Positions 46,352-52,040 of a DNA stretch of 52,040 nucleotides are shown here, in pieces. The translations under genes and the position numbers were made by a program. The notes below the pieces were generated by a model. That model did no database searches. It saw only the letters and a list, made by a program, of their open reading frames with translations, and had not been told where the DNA came from. Position 1 is the first letter of the stretch. Every line of letters starts with the position of its first letter. Origin of the DNA: a virus (taxonomy: Duplodnaviria; Caudoviricetes); IMG/VR virus record IMGVR_UViG_3300038393_001982, positions 1 through 52,040 of that record. One strand, written 5' to 3'.

Positions 46352-47359
46352 TCAGTAGATGTGGAGGGCGGAGAGGAGGGGGGTGATGCCGGTGGCGACG
46401 GCGATGCCGGAGGCGACCGGGATCCGGGCGAGGAGCAGGAAGAAGAGGGGGCGGGCGCCGCGGACCTCGCTCACGCGCAGGCGGCCCCGGTCCCGCAGGT
46501 GGGTGTCGAGTCCCCAGCCGAAGGTGGCGAGGATCAGGCCGACGAACGGGCCGCCGGGCGTGATGATCTGCACGAGCCCGGTGGCGTAGCCGCCGACCGC
46601 AGAGATCGCGGTGAGCACGCACCAGCGCCGGAACCGGCGGACGCGGTCAGAGGTGCCGGCGGCGCGGGCCGCGCGGCGGCGCTGGCGCCGGGCCCGGGTC
46701 GCAGCCTCCCGCTTGTCGGCGAGCCGTTGCTGGCGGTGCCGCCGGGCCCGCTGCTCCGGGGTCTCCCCGGCCGCGGCCAGCTCGGCGTCCTCCCGGGCGC
46801 GGCGCCGCTGCTTGTCGATCTCCCGCTCGGTCTCCAGGCGGGCGGCCCGCTCCTCGGGTGTCTCGCTGATCCGGGACGCGAGCAGGTCGACCATGCCGAC
46901 CAGGTCGTCTCGGCGGTGGCCGGGGTTGAGGGCGTCCTCGACGCGGTGGCGCTCGGCGCGCTGTGCGGTGCTCTCCCCCGCTGCGGCGAACGCGGCGTCA
47001 CGCTCGGCGCGCTGAGCGGCTATCAGGGTCTCGTGCTCGACCTGTTCGCGGGCCGATCGCTGGGCCTCGGTCTCGGTGAGGAGCTGGCCAATCTGCGAGG
47101 CGATCGCCGTGGCCTGCTCGGCGAAGATCTCGCGAGCCGGGGCCCAGAACGCCTGAGCGGCCTCCTCAATCGAGGGCGGTCCGGCGGGCCCGACCGGGAT
47201 CGGGGTGTGGACGGTCGGGTCCGGCTGGCCCGGGGTGCGGGGGCCGTCCTTGCGCCACCACTCGGCGGGCTCGGCGTCGGGGACGTGCCCGGTCTTGGGC
47301 TTGACCGTGGCCGGCCCGGCGGTGGGCGGGTAGGTCGGTGGGGGCGGGATGGTGGTCAC
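46352..47359 (-). CDS. Coiled-coil membrane protein
   Basis: Pro-rich N-terminus, repeated ET(P)EQRA/E helices, 2-3 C-terminal TM helices. Confidence 0.7.
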   Translation of the reverse strand: MTTIPPPPTYPPTAGPATVKPKTGHVPDAEPAEWWRKDGPRTPGQPDPTVHTPIPVGPAGPPSIEEAAQAFWAPAREIFAEQATAIASQIGQLLTETEAQRSAREQVEHETLIAAQRAERDAAFAAAGESTAQRAERHRVEDALNPGHRRDDLVGMVDLLASRISETPEERAARLETEREIDKQRRRAREDAELAAAGETPEQRARRHRQQRLADKREAATRARRQRRRAARAAGTSDRVRRFRRWCVLTAISAVGGYATGLVQIITPGGPFVGLILATFGWGLDTHLRDRGRLRVSEVRGARPLFFLLLARIPVASGIAVATGITPLLSALHIY

Positions 47360-47520
47360 CGCTCCCCCTTCCGGGGGCCGCGGCGGTCGCCGGGGTGGAG
47401 CCGGTCGGCGGTGCCGGCGTCGATCTTGCGGATCTCGCGTTCGCGGCGGGCCCGCTCGCGCGGGGTACGGCCGGTCGGGCTGGGGGTGGTCTGTCCGGTG
47501 AGCTTGGACCAGAGGCCCAT
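47356..47520 (-). CDS. Small basic protein
   Basis: MGLWSKLTG...RERARRERE; coupled to neighbours. Confidence 0.55.
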   Translation of the reverse strand: MGLWSKLTGQTTPSPTGRTPRERARREREIRKIDAGTADRLHPGDRRGPRKGER

Positions 47521-47522
47521 GG

Positions 47523-47675
47523 CTATCTCCAGGTGATGACGAGGATGAGGCAGGTGGCCCAGAGGGCGGTGGTGCCGGCGAGGCGGAGTGCTTGGCGGAC
47601 CGGGTGGTCGGCGGCGCGGTACAGGCCGGCGTAAGCGAGGGCGGCGGGGACCGCCCACCACAGGACGGCGGCCAT
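47523..47675 (-). CDS. Small 2-TM protein (not in the ORF track)
   Basis: MAAVLWWAVPAALAYAGLY...LAGTTALWATCLILVITWR. Confidence 0.6.
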   Translation of the reverse strand: MAAVLWWAVPAALAYAGLYRAADHPVRQALRLAGTTALWATCLILVITWR

Positions 47676-47678
47676 GGG

Positions 47679-48740
47679 CTAGTCGCCGACGATGGCGCGG
47701 CGTACCTCGGTCGCCTCGCGACGGGAGAGCCCCAACTGGAGCTGCAAGGTGCCGATGGTGACGGGCCGGCCGGAGCGCCCTTTGAGGGCCTCGCGGTTGA
47801 GGCGTCGGGCGGCGGCCAGTAGCTGGGGCCTGGTCATGGTGGCGGGGTCCGGGGTTACCACCGAGGTGACCACTTCGCGTGCCAGCCGCTTGGCAGGCAC
47901 GGTGGTCATCTCGCGGTCACCGTGGTGGTCATGCAGGTGGTCATCCTGCGGCGTCGAGGTGACCAGCCCGGCTGCCACCAACTGGGCGGTGAGCTGGTCG
48001 TCTGTGGCGTCGGGCATGATGCGGCGTGCCTCGGCGAGAGCGGTGTCGTAGTCGCCGTGGGTCGGCTCAGCGGCGGGCAGCTCGTAGGCGGCGTACATGT
48101 CCGCGGTGGCGCCCTCGACTCGGGCGAGCTCGCGCTGGACGGCGGCGGTCGCGAGGCGGGCGTGCGCGGCGGAGAACTGGGCTTCGACCCACTGCTGTGA
48201 GCGGTCGTCGAGTTCAACGCTGAAGCTGTGGAGTGCCATGGTCCACAGGCCCTTGGCGAGGGCGGAGACGAGGGCGCCGATGATGCCGACGGCGACGCCG
48301 GCGGCGATGGAGTCGTGGCCGACTCGGAGGATGCCGTGCGTGCAGACGGCGGCCATGGCGATCACGAGGGCGATGTAGCCAGCGCGGCGCGGGAGCGTGG
48401 CCCTGCGGCGGTCGTAGCGGCTCAGCCACTCCAGGGCCATGCAGGAGACCCAGCCGAGGTCGAAGACGGTGGCGGCGCCGTAGGCGATGGCGGGGTGGAC
48501 GGCCTCTGCGAGGAGGTCGCCGATGCTGGCGGTGGACCAGGCGATCGCGCCCGTGACGGTGAGGGCGGTTGCTCCGGTGACGGCGCCGCGGACGAGGCGG
48601 TCCCAGTCGCGGGGCGGAACGGGGACGGCGGTGGCGTACCGCTCGGTGACCATCTGGGTGATGCCGTTGATGGTGTGCGGGATCTCCCGCTCCTGCTGTA
48701 CCAGCCGGGTGCGGCGGAAGGTACCGTTCTGGTGGGCCAT
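47679..48740 (-). CDS. spdB: SpdB-like plasmid spread protein (4 TM, coiled coil, C-terminal wHTH)
   Basis: PHT..G...VPVPPRDWDR...WSTASIG.LL...AY..A..FD..W..CM..EWL.RYD...AHG...VS.LAKG.W...LDDRSQQWV matches my recollection of pIJ101 SpdB. Confidence 0.75.
   Translation of the reverse strand: MAHQNGTFRRTRLVQQEREIPHTINGITQMVTERYATAVPVPPRDWDRLVRGAVTGATALTVTGAIAWSTASIGDLLAEAVHPAIAYGAATVFDLGWVSCMALEWLSRYDRRRATLPRRAGYIALVIAMAAVCTHGILRVGHDSIAAGVAVGIIGALVSALAKGLWTMALHSFSVELDDRSQQWVEAQFSAAHARLATAAVQRELARVEGATADMYAAYELPAAEPTHGDYDTALAEARRIMPDATDDQLTAQLVAAGLVTSTPQDDHLHDHHGDREMTTVPAKRLAREVVTSVVTPDPATMTRPQLLAAARRLNREALKGRSGRPVTIGTLQLQLGLSRREATEVRRAIVGD
47855..47944. repeat. Phased GGTGGTCA(T) repeats inside spdB
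   Basis: Direct copies at 47901, 47912 (imperfect), 47924, 47936; inverted copies at 47855, 47867. Confidence 0.7.
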
Positions 48741-48818
48741 GGGAGTTGCGTCTCCGGTGGTCAAGGGCCTGGGCTGGGGCTGCGATCCCCACGCCTGGGC
48801 CCGTTTTATTGGGGGCGG

Positions 48819-48995
48819 TCAGAGGTGCTGGTCGATGAGGTAGCGGAGGACGGCGGAGCGGCTGGTGCCGTCGGCGGTGGCCTGTTGGAGTTTGGTGAGC
48901 TGGGGTCCGTAGAGGGTGATGCCGCCGATGACCTTCTTGGTCTGGGGCGGGGCGGGCATGCCGGGCTGGGCCGGCTTCTCGTCGGCGGTGTGCAT
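48819..48995 (-). CDS. Ribbon-helix-helix protein
   Basis: IGGITLYGPQLTKLQQATADGTSRSAVLRYLIDQHL. Confidence 0.7.
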   Translation of the reverse strand: MHTADEKPAQPGMPAPPQTKKVIGGITLYGPQLTKLQQATADGTSRSAVLRYLIDQHL

Positions 48996-49092
48996 ATGCA
49001 CAAGGTAGCCGATGTGCATATGCACAGCAAGCCCTTCGTGCATATGCATGTCGATTGGCTGAACTGCACAGGTGGTCGACGTATGCATATGC
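48991..49092. promoter_or_regulatory. TGCATATGCA palindrome array
   Basis: Copies at 48991, 49015, 49039 (24-bp period) and 49084 (9/10 match). Confidence 0.85.
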
Positions 49093-49110
49093 GCGCCCTA
49101 CCCTGGCGCC

Positions 49111-49311
49111 ATGGTCAGTCGCGCGAAGGATAGTCACACCACGAACAGAGTCGTCCGCATCGGCGATGACGACTGGGAGGACCTCGGCACCCGGGCCGGC
49201 ACGCGCAACCGGGCGCAGGTCATCCGGGACCTGGTCGCCTGGTACCTCCGCCGACCGGGGGCGAAGCTGCCGGAGCGCCCGCCGGCAAGGACGGAGCCGG
49301 CGGGCGACTGA
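49111..49311 (+). CDS. Ribbon-helix-helix protein (probably leaderless)
   Basis: TNRVVRIGDDDWEDL...RAQVIRDLVAWYL; TACCCT 6 nt before ATG. Confidence 0.75.
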   Translation: MVSRAKDSHTTNRVVRIGDDDWEDLGTRAGTRNRAQVIRDLVAWYLRRPGAKLPERPPARTEPAGD

Positions 49312-49314
49312 CGG

Positions 49315-49950
49315 TCAGGCTGCGGCGAGTTCGCTGAGGGTCTGTTCGACGCGGTCGGCGTACTCGTCGGTGGTGAGGACGGCGCGACAGTCGGGGGCGG
49401 AGCATTCGCGCATCCCGTCGGGGCGGACCGTGACGGTCATGAGGTGGCAGCGGGGGCAGACGTGCCGGCGGGCGGGTCCGGTCTGGAGGGGCCCGCCGCA
49501 TGCTCGGTTGAGGTGGCTGTGCAGACGGCCGATCTCGTCGGCGAGGTCCCGGGCGTACGCGCGGCTGGCGGCGAAGTCGAGGTGCAGCAGCAGGGTCTTC
49601 ACCGCGCGGGAGACGGTCACCTCTCGGTCGTGGCCGGCCGGACGGACCCAGGCCGACCAGTCGTTGGCGCGCTGCCGGTCGTCGATGACGGCGCGGGCCC
49701 ACTCCGCAAGGAGGTCGAGGCCGGGGGTGTCGTCCTGGTCGCCGTGTTCGTCGTGGACGGCGGGCGCGGTGGGGCCGATCAGGGAGAGCACGTCGACGCG
49801 GCACGGGAGGGGTGCGGTGCGGGTGGCGCCGGAGACGCGGGCTCCGCGGCGGCCGGAGCCGGGCAGCAGGGCGAGGTGCGTGAGGGTGATGAGCTCGGGG
49901 AGCTGCTGGAGCTGGGTGCGGAGGCGGTCGAGGTGCGGGGCGGGGAGCAT
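49315..49950 (-). CDS. Zn-finger protein at the end of the early operon (possible late-gene regulator)
   Basis: APLPCRVDVL...CPRC...CSAPDC. Confidence 0.65.
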   Translation of the reverse strand: MLPAPHLDRLRTQLQQLPELITLTHLALLPGSGRRGARVSGATRTAPLPCRVDVLSLIGPTAPAVHDEHGDQDDTPGLDLLAEWARAVIDDRQRANDWSAWVRPAGHDREVTVSRAVKTLLLHLDFAASRAYARDLADEIGRLHSHLNRACGGPLQTGPARRHVCPRCHLMTVTVRPDGMRECSAPDCRAVLTTDEYADRVEQTLSELAAA

Positions 49951-50049
49951 GTCCGGTCTCCTGTGCGGTGCTGGGCGGTATGGTGATCGGACTGTGTGGG
50001 GCGCCCTGGCCGTGGTGGGTTCGGGGGCGCCCCTTCGTCGTGTCGGGGG

Positions 50050-50250
50050 TCAGCCTCGGCCGTGCAGGGACCAACGGATCTGGTCGGCGGCAGCCTGATC
50101 GGCCCGGGTCTGGGCGGTCAGCTCGGCGACCTGCTCCCAGGTGGCAGTGGTCTGGGCGTTCAACCGGGCGGTGCGGCGGCCAGAGATGATGACGTAGATG
50201 AGGGCCCCGGTGGAGAAGGCGAGCGAACCAAGGGCGAGTGCGAGGTGCAT
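50050..50250 (-). CDS. Small membrane protein
   Basis: N-terminal TM helix, GAGGAG RBS. Confidence 0.55.
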   Translation of the reverse strand: MHLALALGSLAFSTGALIYVIISGRRTARLNAQTTATWEQVAELTAQTRADQAAADQIRWSLHGRG

Positions 50251-50260
50251 GGTGGTCTCC

Positions 50261-50389
50261 TCAGGGCTGGTAGTCGGTGATGTCGGGGATCACGTCGACG
50301 ACGGGGCGGGGTGGCGGGTCGAGGGGCCAGTCCTCGCTGTCGTCGGTGAACAGGAGGGCCGGGTCCCACTCGTCGTCAGGGCCGGTCAT
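50261..50389 (-). CDS. Small acidic protein
   Basis: MTGPDDEWDPALLF...; ATGA coupling. Confidence 0.45.
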   Translation of the reverse strand: MTGPDDEWDPALLFTDDSEDWPLDPPPRPVVDVIPDITDYQP

Positions 50390-50841
50390 GGCTGGGCTTC
50401 GGGGGTCGGGCAGCAGCTGGCGCAGGGGGTGGTTGAAGCGAGGGCTTCGCGGATCTCCATCCGGAGTGCCGCGGCGGTGTTGGACGCACATCCCTGATAG
50501 CGATGGAGCACCGTCTCGGCGGCGGCGATGCGGGCCTCGGCCTGCTCAGCGCGGGCGGTCGTCTCGCAGGAGCCGAGGTCGACTGGCCAGCCGTCCGTAA
50601 GCCATGCGGGGGCGACGCCGTGGTCGGTCCAGCCGCAGTGGCGCTGGCCGATCTCGTAGCCGTGCCGGGCCCACATGCGGGCTTCGTCGCGCTGTTCGGT
50701 GAGCTGGGCGACCAGGCGCCGGAGCTGGCCGAGTTCGTTCTCGGCGGCGCGCCGGTCGGCCTCGGCCTTCGTGGCGCGGATGGTGGCCTCGTCCCGCATC
50801 CGGGTGAGTTGCTGCTGGTAGGTCTCCTGTTCGGGGATCAC
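50386..50841 (-). CDS. Coiled-coil hypothetical protein
   Basis: EARMWARHGYEIGQRHCGWTDHGVAPAWL. Confidence 0.6.
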   Translation of the reverse strand: MIPEQETYQQQLTRMRDEATIRATKAEADRRAAENELGQLRRLVAQLTEQRDEARMWARHGYEIGQRHCGWTDHGVAPAWLTDGWPVDLGSCETTARAEQAEARIAAAETVLHRYQGCASNTAAALRMEIREALASTTPCASCCPTPEAQP

Positions 50842-51170
50842 GCGGCTCTCCTTTGGCGTCGGGCGGTGGCTCTGCGGGCGGCGCTCTTGAGGCGCATGGC
50901 TTCACGGCAGTCGTCGCAGGCGGGTTCGTGCTGGCGTTGGTGGCGGCGGTAGCCGGCGATGGTGCCGCAGCCGATACGGGTGAGGAGTCGGCGGCGGTGG
51001 CCTATGTCGACTGCGTTCGCGGCGTTGGTGGCGCCGATCTTGGTGTAGATCCGTGCAAGGTGGGTTTTGACGGTGTCCTCGGTGAGGTAGAGCTGGCGGC
51101 CAATCTCGGCGTGGGTGCGGCCTGCTGCGATGAGCTGGAGGATCTGGCGCTGCCGGTCGGTGAGGGTCAC
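50838..51170 (-). CDS. LuxR-type HTH fused to a Cys/His motif
   Basis: LTDRQRQILQLIAAGRTHAEIGRQLYLTEDTVKTHL; CGTIAGYRRH...ACDDC. Confidence 0.8.
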   Translation of the reverse strand: MTLTDRQRQILQLIAAGRTHAEIGRQLYLTEDTVKTHLARIYTKIGATNAANAVDIGHRRRLLTRIGCGTIAGYRRHQRQHEPACDDCREAMRLKSAARRATARRQRRAA

Positions 51171-51355
51171 TGGTGCTCCTTCAGTTGCCATTCGAGGACG
51201 GCGATCTGGTCGGCGACGTAGGTGTCGGTGATGGGCGGGGGCACGTAGGGCCGGGGCCCGGGGCGGGGCTGCTGGACGCGGGAGCCGAGGATGACGGCGG
51301 TCCACAGCAGGGCGAGGAGGAGGGCGGGCGCGGCTCCGACGAGGGCGGTCGTCAC
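51167..51355 (-). CDS. Small membrane protein
   Basis: ALLLALLWTAVIL TM helix. Confidence 0.5.
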   Translation of the reverse strand: MTTALVGAAPALLLALLWTAVILGSRVQQPRPGPRPYVPPPITDTYVADQIAVLEWQLKEHQ

Positions 51356-51732
51356 TGCGCAGCCTGCAAGTTGATCGGCTCCCAGATCGCCGTGATCGTC
51401 CGAGCGCGCTCGTTCAGCCATTTCCGAACGGCCGGCTCGTCGGCCTCGGTGACGACGCACGAGGTAGACCGCAGAATCGCCTTGCGCTGAAGAACCCAGA
51501 AGACCTGGAGCACGTCTGCGGGCACTTCTTGGTCAGGCTCGTAGTCGTCGGGGTCGAAGCGCTGCCAGTCCCAGCGGAACACGAGGTTGAGGTCGGGGTC
51601 CTCGGCGCCCCAGTCCTGGTAGAAGTCGGTCCAGGACTCGTAGGACGTGTGGAGTCCTTCACCGGCACGGGCGTAGTAGTTGCCCTGGGTGCAGTAGTAC
51701 GGGTGGTCAATCTCCCAGAGGTGGCGGGTCAC
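51352..51732 (-). CDS. Hypothetical protein (5' part also at 1-311)
   Basis: HLWEIDHPYYC..GNY...DLNLVFRWDW...QRK. Confidence 0.7.
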   Translation of the reverse strand: MTRHLWEIDHPYYCTQGNYYARAGEGLHTSYESWTDFYQDWGAEDPDLNLVFRWDWQRFDPDDYEPDQEVPADVLQVFWVLQRKAILRSTSCVVTEADEPAVRKWLNERARTITAIWEPINLQAAQ

Positions 51733-52040
51733 TGCGGGTCTCCTTCGGGTTGGTAGCGGCGCTTGGCGCCGTGGCAGAGGGCGATGGTGATGAGCGCGGG
51801 GCCGGCGGCGAGCAGGCCGCCGGCCACGAGCAGCAGGAACGGGGTCGTCACCCGGCGGCCCGCAGGATGGCGTTGGCCAGGCTGACGGCGAGATCGGGGA
51901 TCTCCATCTCGTCGATGCCGACCTCGTTCTCGATGGCCTCCAGGGCTGCGGTGAGGATCTCGGTCAGCTGCTCGTGGTCCACGGTGGTCTCCTCCGGGGT
52001 GGGGCCGCCGCCCGGGGGGGCGGCGGCGGGACGGGTGGTC
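51422..52040 (+). repeat. Terminal direct repeat, copy 2 (circular overlap)
   Basis: Same 619-bp sequence as 1-619. Confidence 0.97.

Larger units (their letters stand above)
1..52040. mobile_element. Complete temperate actinophage (siphovirus) genome, circular/excised form
   Basis: Terminase, portal, capsid, tail, tape measure, lysis, integrase, repressor and replication genes all present; no host housekeeping genes; ends overlap; attP intact. Confidence 0.95.

Noticed and set aside
48991-49092. Mini CRISPR array
   Set aside because: Repeats are 10-14 bp with about 10-14 bp spacers and there are no cas genes; fits operators
43652-49311. Independent complete AICE or plasmid inserted in the phage
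   Set aside because: No Rep, integrase, TraB or flanking att repeats seen within the island

Overview
The window is an apparently complete, circularly permuted temperate siphovirus genome of about 51.4 kb with high GC, most likely from Streptomyces/Kitasatospora. Bases 1-619 repeat exactly at 51422-52040, giving a 51,421-bp unit circle. Layout: (i) a leftward early/replication operon (orphan C5 DNA methyltransferase, replication initiator with internal iterons, beta-clamp-like protein, DEDDh exonuclease, RecT-like protein, antirepressor-like, Xis-like, Cro-like); (ii) CI-like repressor, tyrosine integrase and an intact attP matching the 3' half of tRNA-Val(TAC); (iii) an accessory block (GntR regulator, XRE-TPR regulator with a convergent HAD hydrolase, and an HTH-rich operon ending in a gene with an AcrVA2-like motif); (iv) lysis, tail, head and packaging genes on the minus strand, including a -1 frameshifted tail assembly chaperone; (v) a ~5.7-kb island between the early genes and terminase. 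That island encodes a plasmid-type SpdB-like spread protein, several membrane proteins and two divergent ribbon-helix-helix genes around a TGCATATGCA palindrome array, but no TraB/FtsK. The best candidate for an undescribed system is this phage-borne, TraB-less spread module. The second is the XRE-TPR/HAD module. All family calls come from reading motifs by eye; no searches were run.
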